DNA from: Cystobasidiomycetes sp. EMM_F5
Lineage: Eukaryota
Direction: 5' to 3'
DNA length: 64,000 nt
NCBI GenBank assembly: GCA_051047955.1
Contig: JBPGPT010000048.1
Span: 1-64,000, forward strand
Below, piece by piece: positions 37,333 to 50,270 of this stretch (position 1 is its first letter; each line of letters opens with the position of its first letter). The position numbers and the translations under genes were made by a program. The notes beneath the pieces were generated by a model, which saw nothing but the letters and a program-made list of their open reading frames with translations, ran no database searches and was not told the DNA's origin.

Positions 37333-38411
37333 ATGCCCGGACATCCTACGCGTCTCTCGGCTGTAGCCCCGCTCAGACCCTCTGGCAAACGACCAAGAGC
37401 GTATTCTGAATCTGATAGCCAAACTCAAATCGTTCTGCATCCATCCACACGAGTGCACACTGATGTACAGACACGCGCTCACACAGCAAGAGATGCTCCG
37501 TATCGCACTTCACGACCGGCTTATGCATCCGTCAAACACAGTGTCCCAATGAGTGATCCCTCTGACATGGAGCTCGACGAAGGCTTCCCCGGTGCAATCA
37601 AGCAGCAAAAGAGTACAGACTCTGCCGATTCTGTCCCCGGCGGCATCGCTTTGAGCAAGTTGGCAGAATCCACCAAGCTTCAAATTGGGACTGCCAAGTG
37701 AGTAGATGATCCATTCCATACATCGATTCGTACTCACACAGAAGCAAATGATGAAACAGTGCCGAAACGCGATCGCCTCTCCTGTCTGACTTGGCCAAAC
37801 CTCTCGTTGACGAGCTAGAGTCCGTCTGTCTCGGCGACTGCAATGACGTTATCCAAGCCCATCAGAGCGACTTTGATTCGATGCTGAGGCAGCTCGGAGA
37901 TCTCGTTGAGAATCAATCAGTAACCCTGCTTGACGAAATCGAGTGAGTTTCTTATATCTCGCTTTTACGACACTGTGACTTGGCCTTGATGGACCGCTTT
38001 TGTGACAGACCGCACATCAAGTCTTTCCTTGGCTACAATGCGGCATGCGCTACTGCTGTCGTAGACGAGACCGATGCTGCCGTAGCTGTGATGGCAGAAC
38101 TCCTGGTAGGCTTTGGCACTATTAGTAGCTGCTTCGACTAATGCCAGTCTCGACAGCAAGAACAGAAGATCCTGCTGAAGCGTCTCGACGAAAACTACGC
38201 TCGAACAGCAAGCAGAAACGAAAAGCTTATTCCAACGATGGATGCTATCAGGGCAGTATCCAATGCCGCACTTGGAGGCTGCGACGAAGAGTACAACCAG
38301 GCTACAGTGGACATTGAACGCAAGGTGAAAGCACTCAAGCTGGACAAGGACATCCAGAGCGACTTCAACAAGTACATGATGCAGCATATGGGTGGAGGTG
38401 GCCGTCGTTGA
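37333..38411 (+). CDS. Hypothetical protein, disordered N-terminus and helical/coiled-coil C-terminus
   Basis: Exons can be joined across GT-AG introns: ...DFDSMLRQLGDLVENQSVTLLDEI...QEQKILLKRLDENYAR...DIERKVKALKLDKDIQSDFNKYMMQHMGGGGRR*. No family recognised. Confidence 0.55.
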
Positions 38412-38589
38412 CTGCCGAGAAGGTGCAAGTAGAAAAGGGCGCACGAAAGAAAAGAGGGAAGGCATGGTGGTGACTTAGGGAAAGCCATAGTGTAGCGACC
38501 GGTGCCGCCATGAGCGACGCACCCACTTCAGTAAATTAGATTCAAACAAAAAGGACATTGAAAGCCCGAGGCCTGGCAAAAAGAATTGA

Positions 38590-38672
38590 CAACCCCGTCC
38601 GGGATCGAACCGGAGATCTTCACCTGCTTCCCATCGCCGGAGAGTGACGCCGTACCGCTTGGCCACGAGGTT
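38590..38672 (-). tRNA. tRNA-Arg(CCG) with 11-nt intron
   Basis: Reverse strand folds as AACCTCG TG GCC-AAGCGGTAC-GGC G TCACT CT-CCG-G [CGATGGGAAGC] A GGTGA AGATC TCCGG-TTCGATC-CCGGA CGGGGTT G. Full cloverleaf, canonical 37/38 intron, T5 terminator downstream. Confidence 0.92.
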
Positions 38673-38832
38673 TCGAAAGTCATGTGATCAAGAAAGTGAC
38701 CTTTTTGCATATATGAACGTCATTCCTATTATCTTCAATTGAAAATACGCCTTACAACATTCACCGCGTCTGTTGCCTCCCCTGCGTCCCTAGCGCCACC
38801 CACTCACCTCGATAACTACCGCCATCCATCCA

Positions 38833-40124
38833 TCAGTATCGCTTTGGCCCTCCTCGACCGCGTGGCCGCCGCAATATACCCTGTCTCTGATTCTCCCACG
38901 AAGCCCTCCATGGATCTGCTTGCATTTCTGGCGGGTCCAGACGAGCAGCTCGACGATCCGGGTAAGCGTCATACTGAGCATGATCTTCGGCGTCATCGCC
39001 GACCCAATGGCTGGACGACTTTGGCTTGAGCGAGCTGTCCTGCTTTGGATTTTGAAATTGGCGGAATCGATCAGGTATACCATTGGGAAATGCGCGAGTC
39101 GCGCTATCAGTTGCATAGGGTCGCCTGACGTGCGAATCTCGTTCCCTGGACGCGATGGGTTTCCATGCTTTGACGTATTCTACAGGTTCTCGTGCCACAG
39201 CAGGCGAACTGAATATTGTACGCTCGGAATCTTTGACCTCTGTGTCTTCCAGTGACCAGCGATGTTGCTGTTCAGGTGACGTAGACGATGATTGTGACTT
39301 TTCCTCCTGTCCGGCGCGTTCATACGCTTCTTCCAGATTGAAGGTAGGCAGAGTCCAGCCTTTCGGAACGTATGGCAAGGGTTCGGTCCAACCATCGTCT
39401 TCCACCAGGATCGGAGCTGCTCTTGGCAGTCCTGCTTGCGGCTCCGTAGCATGAGAATGTGCCGACGTTGAAGGACCGAGAGATTTGACAGTCTTTGGGA
39501 TTTGATTGGCTTTCTGTCGTGCTGCTCTACCACTAATAGATATGGACTCAATACTTGGTGATGCTTGAATGACAGATCGCTGCGCCGCTGCACTCCTGCC
39601 AGCGATGCGCATCCCTGACTCTTTCGGAGAGGCGCTGGAGACGTTGCCGCTCGACGGTGGAGATGTTCGAGATGATGCTGGTGTCTGTGCAGAAGTGAGA
39701 GCAGGAGACGAGACATGCGACGAACTCTGTGTGACAATGTTCTTCTGACCATGTTGCTTGTTACTACTAGACTGTCCTCTGGGCTCCGCCAGCGGATTCG
39801 CCTTGGTCGCAGGCGATAAGCTGAGGAGTTCTGCAATCAGGTCAGGAATGGAGTCGATATTGCCTTGTGCTGTGCGAGGAGGAACGGTGTTTCCCGAAAG
39901 TTTTGGTACCATTGGCATCGATACAGAATCGGTTTTCACAGGGCACACTGGAATGACATCTTTGAAACGGCGTATACTTCAGTCTACCTGACGATATTTG
40001 TGGACAATGCCGGTGCCCTACCTATCGCGACAGCTGCAATTGCGGGTTTATTTGGTAGGGGTTCCGGAGTTCTCTGCCATCCCACGGGGAAAGCTTCGAG
40101 CAAGTCGTCAAAGACGTCCGCCAT
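38833..40124 (-). CDS. Hypothetical disordered protein with GW motifs and C-terminal RGRGG
   Basis: Exon 1 MADVFDDLLEAFPVGWQRTPEP..., intron 39960-40021, then the long S/P-rich ORF with DDGWTEP and PKGWTLP, ending RRPRGRGGPKRY*. Confidence 0.65.
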
Positions 40125-40784
40125 GCTTTTGTCGACAGATCAGCAAAGAAGTGACGACGCTGAGCTTGGACTAGAGGCTTCTGCGTGCTTTCTGGCAGGC
40201 TGTTTACCGGGACGCGCAGATTTACGCGCAGAGCCGACTTGCGATAAGTTATGCGACAGTCCTGGCCGCCGTGGATGGGGCTACAGTGAACGTTGCTGCA
40301 TGCAAGACGGGATTGTCGAACAGATTGTAATGTCGGATGCAGATGTTTGCATGAATGAAAGAAGTTACTTATGGACTGCTTCACGATCAACTCGATGATA
40401 GCAACATGATGGCTGTGTGAAGCAGTATGAGCTACTGAGAGCGTTAAAGGGAGACTACTCTGCTTTGCGTCTGGCAATTCAACACCTTGTTTGACAAAAA
40501 AGCAGACGTCAATAATGTCGGACAGGCTGGAAACGGCTTCGGGTGAGCCAGCCAACTATTAGAGCTCAGCACTCCGTCTGACACTGCCTGACAGGCTACG
40601 AGACTGCCGACGATATGCAAGACTCGCGCTTCAGTTTGATGGGAGACCCAGCACCTCCCAGCCACCTCCATTCTGATCCTCGGGAGACATCGTCGAGCGG
40701 CAGACCACAGCAAAGTCAGTTCTCTAGCTTCTAATCCTCACTAGAGTGTGCTATATTCGTCGGAGAAAGGCTGATTCGCCTCGA

Positions 40785-43645
40785 ATGCCAGATGGTTGGG
40801 GTGATGTTCCATCACGCGACATGCCAGACTCTTCCAGCAGAGAATACTACAATCACCCCACGTCTTCCAGTCAATCCATGGAACGTACAGCTTCGGATCG
40901 TACTGCAAATCCCGGAGGTGAAGGGCCATCTCGTACGTAATTTGCACGTTCACTAGAGACTGACTAAGTACTGACGTCTGATGGTGTATGCAGGTGAGTC
41001 GAATATGTGCTGTCCTTCTCTGCTACATGCTGAAGTCACCTCAGGCAGCAGGAGACCACTGTGTACCGCTTACCTGGCTGGGTCAGTCAATTTTGCAGTT
41101 GTTTAGCTACTTCCGCATTACTAACTAGCGCATTACTATACGCAGAGAATGCCGCGTATGTGGGTTTCATGGAATTGTGAGATTGATGACTGAGCCCGCC
41201 CGCAGAGCGGTCGCGATTGCCCTTACCGGCATGAACTGCCACAAGGAAACGAGATTTCGGACAGGTGCGAAGCTGCCATCGTTGTCAGATACACTCTTCA
41301 CGCTAATGGCGCATGCCCAGGCGTCGCTCAGACGATCGAAGCAATACAGACAGGGCGTTTAGACCAGATCAAGCAGATCGGAGGTACAGGTCAAACATAG
41401 ATCAACACAGGGCTTCAGGACCGTACACCGGCGATAGTCTTGAATCTCCGCCTTCGAGTGCGCGTGCGGTACCAGCAAGTCACGATACACCGAGGCAGAG
41501 CTCGGGAGGCTGGGAGGCTCCCCGTATGCAACCTTCAAACAGCAACCAATCTGCCAGAAATGGCACATTTGGGGGGTACAGTACTTCTCAACATTCTGCT
41601 CAGCCAAATGAAGGCTGGCCAGCATACAAGACCGAGATCAAGGGTTGGACAGGTCCGATAGATTATGTTGACCCAGTCTTGCCGAGAGTAGCATCTTCCG
41701 CGGCTGCAAAGGCGCCGTTCGTGTCCACCTGGAAGGTAATCAGTCCTATCGCGCCTGGCATGCAGAAGAGCGCATCTGAGATGGCAGCTGATCAACACGT
41801 CCGCATGATGATGGACGAGAAAGCCGAGCGTAGATCACGGACTGCATCCTCAAGGTCTCCTCGGCCGCCTTCAAGGCAGAACGTATCAGAGAGCAGGCCG
41901 CCCCAGGCTTTCATGGACCCGACGCGCTTCAGGTCCCCTCCACCGCAGCACCGTGATACAGTATCAAACGTCCGAGGGAATGCGTCCATAGAACGAATGC
42001 TTGACAGCCAGCAAAGACAACCCAGTGAAAGTCACTACATGCCGAGACCTTCTCCTGCGCAATCACCACCTTCACAGCCGCCAGTACCCCGAGCTGATTG
42101 GTCGCAACCTGCCTACCAACAAGACGATAGAGCGGATGGATGGCCTGCACCAAAGCGTGCCGTCCGTGGCTTTGAAACCGAAGTTCAAGATTTCTTGGCT
42201 GCAGATCTAGCCAATTTGAAATCGCGTACGAGCGCTTCGACTGTGACTCGGCTGACTTCAGGATGGCGGACATCCGGCAGTGTCCTTCCAGTCAAATCTG
42301 CACATCCTGGGCAAAATGAAAAGTCTCCTGTCACTTCAGGTTCTGTCTCTTCTCTGCCTCCACCGTTGCCGCGAGAATCAATCTCAGACCGGGGATCAGT
42401 CCCCAATCAAGCTGATTCCACGCGCATGCCAGCGTCGTCTGCTTCAGACGAACGTGACGCTGACAACCGACTGACATCGCGGCGAGAATCACAGTCTATC
42501 TCAAATGGACCAACCGATAGTGCCAACAACCGAGACGATGGAGACGATGTCATTACTTACCCACATCAAAATAATGGCATGACTTCCTCTCGCTCCGGAC
42601 GTTCCACTCGTATTGGTCTTAATGGTGAGCGATCAGAAGAGGCCGTGACTTTGCAGGAATATCTGGCAAGTACAGATGGAATGAGACCAGTCAGAGTAAA
42701 GTCGAGCAATGGCTGGAAGAACGCAAACAGCGACATCAACGATCTTGATCCGGACGACAGCATACGTCCCTCCGAGTCGGCATCAAACGTTGGAACCGGC
42801 TCGACTGCTCCGTCATCCCGCCAAGCTGTCTTCGGTCAATGGAAGCCTAGTACTGTGAGCGCTCCGCTGAAGTGGCGAGAAGGCAACTTCCCCGAAGATG
42901 AAGACGATCACTATGCCAATAACGCAGCTTCAACCCGGTTGCACCACAATACTCAGGCCAACTATCCGAAATCGAACGGTTTTGTCAAAGTCAACGGGAC
43001 AGGATGGAATGACGAAAGCGTTTTCAATGAACATGTCGCTGCGCCTGCGCCTCGTAGATGGGACTCCGTCGGACACGATGCTGTACATGGTCTAGAGCGA
43101 GCTGCCACGCCGAAAGCATCTTTCACGGCACAGTCTTACGATCAAAACCGGGCAGACAGATCAAATGGCCCAGCTCTGGGTATACGAGGCGCTTCGAAGT
43201 ATTTCGATGAAGTGCAGCATTTGCGGAACGAAGTCAGTTGTCACGCTACTCCCTCTGTACGAATTTGTGATTGACATTCCTGCTCTCCCAGTCTGTCGAA
43301 TTGAGAGCGCAGATCAAGGCTTTCGAAGCTCGCGAACACATTCCAGGCACTCTCGAAAGCCGGTTCAAGAGCGTAACTGCAGAATTGGCCAAGTGCAAAG
43401 AGCAGCTAGCAAAAGCCGAAAGCGAACGGGAATTGCTTCGCAAGACATTGTTACCAGCCTTGGAACTGCTTGGATTACAACCGAACGGACCACTAGGTGC
43501 TACCCTTAAGCAATCTGACATGCGTTCCGGTGCAATTGGCCACGTGCATCCGATAGGAGCGCTAGACGACGAGGAAGCTCAGTCGGCTGGCAACGCGGCC
43601 GTGACGGCCCCGCCTGTCGCTCCTGCTCCCGTGGGGTGGGACTAG
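40785..43645 (+). CDS. CCCH zinc finger + GW-repeat disordered region + C-terminal coiled-coil protein
   Basis: Splicing of exons 41045-41081, 41146-41155 and 41206-41264 gives CTAYLAGECRSGRDCPYRH (C-x7-C-x5-C-x3-H). This joins in frame to the 41313 ORF. The last exon is heptad-like and ends PVGWD*. Start codon uncertain. Confidence 0.75.
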
Positions 43646-43836
43646 CGTTTTAGACAGAATTCGGCAATTGAACGCTTCTTGTTGTTGACGGATGTTTTGC
43701 GGAGAAACTTGCTTGCTGCAGCGTACTTCCGGTTCATGATAAATGTACCTTCCGCATCCTACTCGACGACTTTAGGATACTTGATGAACGCCAGCGGGCC
43801 ATACTTTTCTTGCTCAACACTCTGCGCCGTGCGGTT

Positions 43837-45626
43837 ATGAGCGACGTCGCGCCCATTGCTTTAAGGACTCGCAAGTCCCATCGCGACGCAAGAGTGACCT
43901 TGGTAACGCTCTGCAACGAGTTGGAGCACTCTGGCACAAATCTTGCAACATCTCCACATCCTACTGAGCTCACCAAGCAGGAAAGCCCGCGACGGAGTGG
44001 ATCCTCTGACCCAGATGCCGTAGGGAAAGCAACGAGGACTACAACACCCAAAAAGAGACGGCGGTCTATTGATCCTGACTTAGACGATGTCAAGTCTATA
44101 GATGCCCTCGAGGGCAGTCCCTCCAAGTCATCGCGAAAATCGACTCCAACGAAGCTTCGGCCTAAATTGGTCGATGCCCATCCAGAGCCTGCGCGATGGC
44201 GTGAAACATATGACATTGTGCGCTGTCTTTTACTCGATACTGACAATGCAATGACTGATGACGTACAGACAGATCCGAAGACAAAGGGAAACCCTTGTCG
44301 CTGCCGTGGATTTGGTGGGAGATATGCCTGGCTATACAACGAAGCTAACGACATCTGCGCAGATGGGCTGCGACGCCATCGCTGGATCTAAGGACGAATA
44401 TGCGGATATACCAGACCGGGTAAGAGCGTAATGGTTCCCGTACACCGTTCGGCATCAGCCAACTTTGAGGCTCTGCGCAGGACCGCCGCTTGTCCAGCCT
44501 CATCTCACTGATGCTGTCGAGTCAGACGAAAGATCCAGGTAAGCGTGTCGTACACGCTTCGCGATGAGCAGGTCTGAAGGATTCTACAAGTCACGCATGA
44601 CGCGACTATGAATTTGAGGCGCAATCTCAGTGGAGGCCTATGTCTGGAAGGTATACTCGCGGCTTCAGATGCCGAAATACATGTTCGTGCCGTCGGTACA
44701 TTTATACGGTCAAAGTGCTAAACAGCAACACCAAGGCTTGTATCAACAAGGTCGGGTTCTGGAGGCGCAAGACAGACTATATCAGGCGAACCGCCGAGAT
44801 ATTGCGAGATAAGGTGCATGTTGACTGCTAGACGGTGGTTGAGGTTCGCTGATACGATGTGTGAACAGTTTGATGGCGACGTGCCTAAAACAATCGAGGA
44901 TCTCTTGATACTGCCAGGGGTAAGAGGCAGTCTCTTTGCAATAATGGAGCCGTGGGGTCCGAATGTATCGCTTAGGTCGGGCCAAAAATGGCATATTTGT
45001 GCCTACAATCTGCATGGGGCATTCATGAGGGGATCGGAGTCGACACACATGTGAGCCAGGATAGCCTTCTGGGCCACCACATGTCACGCTAAGACGCCGA
45101 CAGGTTCATCGTATTACCAATCGACTTGGGTGGCATCGCAAACCTACGACCGATCCGGAAGAGACACGGTACGTCATGGAAATGGAGAAGGTCTGTGCGC
45201 GGTGCTGAAATTATTGTGAACAGCGTCAACCTAGAAAGCTGGCTTCCAAAGGAACTCTTCAACCATATCAACATCATGCTGGTCGGGCTTGGCCAGACTG
45301 TCTGTCTGCCAATCAATCCCCGCTGTGATTTATGTCACCTAGGTCAAATGGAAGATAGCCCATGCCCATCGAAACGCAAGGTGTTGGTCAAGCAAGCCAA
45401 GGCAAAGCGTAAAACAGAAGAACTCCCGAGTGGGGAGGTAGGACTTATTGCTGATACGCTACAGGAGGTGAAGGCTACGAACGCCGTACAGGAAGACGCT
45501 GTGAAGCAAGAGATTGCGCAGGATTTTGAGCCGAGTTATGTCGAGCAGAACACGGATCTGTTGCCGCCTCGCGTTCAGTCGCGATACTTTGTGCCCAAGC
45601 AGGAACCCGATGCGCTGGCATGGTGA
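43837..45626 (+). CDS. NTH1: Endonuclease III homolog (DNA glycosylase/AP lyase, 4Fe-4S)
   Basis: Motifs [69 protein letters not shown]...CPS. Confidence 0.93.
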
Positions 45627-45752
45627 ATAGACATATACTTCAAATATCTCTGACAGCTCAATATGTTATGCTACAGAGCGCTAGTGATGCGCGCAGAGTC
45701 GGTACAATATGCACCATTTTAATTGCTCTAGGTCCTCGAACTAACATCCTTC

Positions 45753-48689
45753 TTAACGGCCAATCAACCTATTAAGTGCCCTCTGCCTTTCCTCATTTGA
45801 CGTAAGGTCGGGAAAAGCTGCATGGCCATACCTTCTTTCCGAGTCTTGGCTGTGCGAAATGCTGATGTTTGATGGGCGGAGAAAGGATCTGAATGATAAG
45901 GTTTCACCTTCATCGATATCAGATTCTGCTGGTTGAGGCCAATTTATCGTGCTATGCCCTTTCCCATTCGATGCCTGCGATGAAGCAGAGCTGAGGAGTG
46001 AAGCTTTCTTGTCCGAAACCATCGCACCAGTCGGAGGCGCCAGCCAGCTGGTCGGCACGCCGTATGGACGGAAGGCAGGGTGTACGTAAGAGGGTGGAGG
46101 AGTTTGATTTCCGACGAGTTCTATGTGGTTGTGCAAGGCTAACGTAGGCTCTTTCAGCTCCGCTTGTATCTTCTTGTTCTGTCGCAGGAAGCCAAACAAG
46201 CCACGCTTTTGTTGAAAGCCCTGCGTCTTCTTGAGACGCTTATTCACGGCGCGCATTCGCCACAGGAGGACTAGCAAGGCGACCAGGAGCAGGATACCAA
46301 TGACCAGGACAGCGTAAGCCCAGCCAGGTAGCTTCCTCGCTGACTGTTGAGCATTAAGGCTGGACTTGGTGTTCTCGCTAACCAACGACTTAAGGCAAAT
46401 ACCAAGGCCGTTTATGGTGTCGCACTGCGCAGTTACGCACTGCCCGGCCTTCAATAAGTAGGAAGCAGGACAGGACAAACACTGTCCACTTCCTGCTCCT
46501 ATACAGGTCGAGCAAGACGAATCGCATGGCCTGCATGTAGCGCTTTGCGTGTCGAGATATTGTGCAGCCGGACAGGTGGGCACACAAGTCTTTGCCGCAG
46601 TCAATGCTGGCCTGTCGGGCTTGCAAGACGAGCACTGATTGTATGCTCCGCTGCATGATGCACAGTCTGGATGGCACGCGGAGCATGACGAGGTAGAATT
46701 GGCTTGCCAGAAGCCGGAAGGACAGGTAGAACCAGCGAGGCAATTACCTGCAGCAAGTACTTGACCTGCGAAACAAGCTGTACAGAAATCGGCTGATCCA
46801 GAGCAGGCTGAACAAGATGCTGAGCACGCTGTATAATGAAGGTCCAGTCAGATTATTGAAGCTGGTGAATCGGTTGGCGGAAAGTACCTGAACAAACACC
46901 ATTGTTGGCAAAAGTACCTTTTGGGCACTCGGCAGCGCAGACTCCGTCAACTAGAACGAGCCCATTGAGGCATTTGCTACATCTGAGATCTGTTCGCCTT
47001 GAGCTGATCGAGAAGGAGGATATCGAGCCAGCTGTGCAGCCGAATGGCAGCACTGTTGATCGGAGACTCAGCATTGTATACGCATTTCGGACTAGGTAAT
47101 GCTCCCTTACCATCGCAAACTTGCTTTTCATTATCGTAAACAAAGGAAATGGGGCTCTCGCTTGTGACGCCAGACCCATCGCAGATACCCGTCGCGGCAT
47201 CGATACTAGCACAGCTTCCTTCGAGTAGCCCTCTGCCGGTGTTGCAAGAGAGACATTGCGTTGTGCTGGACCCATAGCACGTCTTGCATGGTGACGCGCA
47301 CGCAACGCATGAGGTGCCGTCACGATATGTGCCATCCGCACAGGTGGTGAAAGACGTTCCATTGTTCGGCAAGAAACGAGCGGCAACGCATGCTTGCGAA
47401 TTATCGTTTGATACTTGAAGGCCGCTTTCACAAGTCTGACAAGTGCCAGTATTTGTCGAACAGGAAACACACCCAGGTCCACATGCTGACAAGACAAGTT
47501 AGTTGCGATGTGGTGTACAGGTGCACAGCTTGGACACACCCAAGCAGTCATTGCCGCTCTTGTAAAAGCCTGGAGCACAAGTACTACATTTCGAGCCTCC
47601 AGGACTGTCCGCCCAACCGGGTGCACACAGGCACTGGCCGTTAGGACTAGCACAGACGCCGTTGGTGCAATTACAAGCTACAGGGATCACGCGTCAGTGC
47701 ATGATGATTACGACAATTGTGACCATTCCTGACTCACCTTGAGCAGCGGGCAGTGCGACGTTCGGTACGCATCTACCAGAGCCAGTGACTCCTTGTTCGC
47801 AGCTACCGTTTTGACAGACTGAGCACGCGCTGCAACTCGGCCCGTACCGTCCGGGTAGGCATTGGTCTGCGTTCAGCAGATCAGCTTGGCGGGCACTTGT
47901 GAATCAACCTGAAAGATACGCACCACATGTGGACCCCGCAAAGCCGTCCTTGCATTTGCACTGATTCTGCAGTCCGCACACTCCGCCAGTCGCACATGGC
48001 GGCGAGCACAATGAGCTCTGCAAATCAACGATCGACCATGGTCCATTGGCGAGCTGTATCGGCCACTCTGTCACGTCAGGGCTGCTAGCCCATAGAGCAA
48101 CCCGCTGCTTGCTTCCTCCCGCCACTGGAATCGATGCAACCGCGTAAAGGTTTGGCGAAAGCAGGATCGACAGCGGGGTAAAAGAGGAATCCGCTTTCGT
48201 CGCCGTAGAATCGTTGAAGGGCAGTAGCGATGAAGCGTCGGAGTAAAGACTCGATGCGTAGACGATTAGACCAGGCAGTTGTTGCACCGAAGCTGTGGTG
48301 GATGTGCTGGATAATGTAAAGCCTGTATAGCTGGTAGGAGTACTGCTTGCGTTTCCAAGAAGTGAGGCCAATTGCGTAGAGTTGGACAGGATGACCGATG
48401 AAGACGAGTAGGTGCCAGGGAGTAGGAGGGCGCTACGGGGTATGCTGCTGTTTGTCGATTGCGTGTTCGTGAGCGTTACCCCAGCTGTAATGACGGAAAC
48501 AGCGAACATGTAGTCAGTTATAGACACAATCCTGAGCCAAAGTGAACGCCGCATACCTTTGGAGGATGTCTTGCCAATAGCGCAGCCCAGCGTAGGGGCG
48601 CAGACCATATCTGCCGTCTGCGCGTGGATTGAGATCTGCTCCGTCAACATCATCGCCAGAACAGCTCGCCAGCGAGCACGACCCGACAT
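45753..48689 (-). CDS. Type I membrane protein with EGF-like and furin-like cysteine-rich repeats
   Basis: Signal-like N-terminus, CSPPCATGGVC...CKCKDGFAGSTC, many CxxC repeats (CDSSCSTC), transmembrane helix AYAVLVIGILLLVALLVLLW followed by a basic stretch. Confidence 0.85.
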
Positions 48690-49125
48690 GTTGAATGGAC
48701 GTGGTCTACTGAACGTCGTTAGATAGACGTGCACTCAGGCAGGAGTGGAGATTGTATCGAAAATATCAGCTGTTCAGCGATTCCGGCAGAGTATGCGATA
48801 CGGAGCAGGCCAATAATCAGCATCAGCATCAGCAGTATCGTCAGTCTTTAGCCTATTGACGCCGTCCGCTTTGGCCATGCGAGCAGCCTGATGCCTCGGA
48901 CATGGCTGCGCGCTTTTGAGCTCGGGGCTTTTGTCGTCGAGAACTCGGAGGGTCAAAGGCCGACAGCATGGAATGGTATAGCAGCAGCTGGCGAGACACA
49001 GCATATGGTTGTCATTTACTTTGCGCAACCCAAGCTATTCACAGTGAAAGTGTTGTAGTCTGCGTCTATGTCGCCGAGGGTGGACGTGCATGCGACTGCC
49101 GTGCGTATATACTCGACCTGCAATC

Positions 49126-50270
49126 TTATGACTGCGCTACCACTGGAACCACTACATTCTGCCACAGTTTGCGTTTGTTCGCGTCTTTGCTTTCCGTCCA
49201 CTCCTTCTCCACCTCGGCGTACTCGTCCCACCACAACTTGTGTGTAGATTCGATGACATCGTCGCCGTATGTCCTGCTCTTCCAAGGTTTGGCCAGGATG
49301 TAGTGCAGAATCTTGACGTCCTCATCTTTCCACAGCTGCGAATGACATGATCGCATTGGCTTCAAGGCGTTGTAGATGTATGGCAGCGGCTTCCACTTGT
49401 TGCGGTACACGATGGCGAGCAGATCTTGATCGAAGAAGAGCATCTTGGGCACGTCAGGATGCGTGTTCATGGCGTCAATCACCTCATCGTACTGCTTTTT
49501 GGACGGCTGGAGGATGACAGTGCCACTGTTGAGTAAGTGGTGATTCTTTGGGCTGTCTTCCGTAATCGGCGCAGGCTCGCCGGTGGACTGGTTGGCGGCA
49601 GTGAATCCACAATTTTCGGGAACCCTGGTTCGATGACTCCGTATCAGCTAGAAGCAGCCTTCCACCTGTCGAGACGGCTCACCAGTCTTTGCTGTAATGA
49701 GCCACTTTTTTCGGGTTGCATGTGCATGCATGAGCGGCGGCTATCCAGCCATCGGGAAGTTCCATAGTCATCATGTCATCGATGTTTCTCCGGATAATCT
49801 GGTCACTATCGAGCAGGACGACGCGCTGTCATACGAGAGATTGGCGGATAACAATAAGCTTTTATCGAAAAACATGAATTGTTCGCCATACCTCGTACTG
49901 CGTAAAGCCCCACGGCGCAAGCTTCTCCCAAGTGCCCTTGTTGACTTTCCCATCCCTCGGCGCAGGCTCTATCGGGTCGACTACGATAGTCGGAATTCCT
50001 GCAGCTTCAAAAGCTTGCATGTACTCCTTGTCGGCTTCAACATCCTGTGTGACCATGACTACGAGTTGGTATTTTGAGCCAGATTTGCGCAGTGTGTGAT
50101 CCAGGACGAGTAGCCCGCCACTGTTTCGCAATGAATCTTGGTCAGACCTATCATGCAGGGAACAAGGCTAATCGGACGCACAAGTATGCTCGATTTGTGA
50201 GCAGCGTTGTCCAGATTTTGGATGTATCGTAGCCATTGGAGCTCCCGTTGACTTTGTTTGCAGCCGCCAT
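49126..50270 (-). CDS. Glycosyltransferase family 8 (glycogenin-like fold)
   Basis: Motifs WTTLLTNRAY, WEKL, YERVVLLDSD, HACTCNP, LNSG, FFDQDLL, LPYIYNALK, HYILAKPW. Confidence 0.9.

Noticed and set aside
38590..38672. tRNA-Trp or a tRNA-derived SINE
   Set aside because: The anticodon reads CCG in an intact cloverleaf followed directly by a T-run terminator, with no SINE tail or target-site duplication.
43837..45626. NTH1 as part of a UV/oxidative-defence supercluster with OGG1 and the mycosporine genes
   Set aside because: It is more than 12 kb from the cluster edge with unrelated genes between. Chance co-occurrence is adequate.
49126..50270. GT8 glycosyltransferase as the mycosporine glucosylating enzyme
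   Set aside because: It lies about 18 kb from the cluster, separated by unrelated genes. This GT8 type is widespread in fungi, and nothing in the sequence links it to the pathway.
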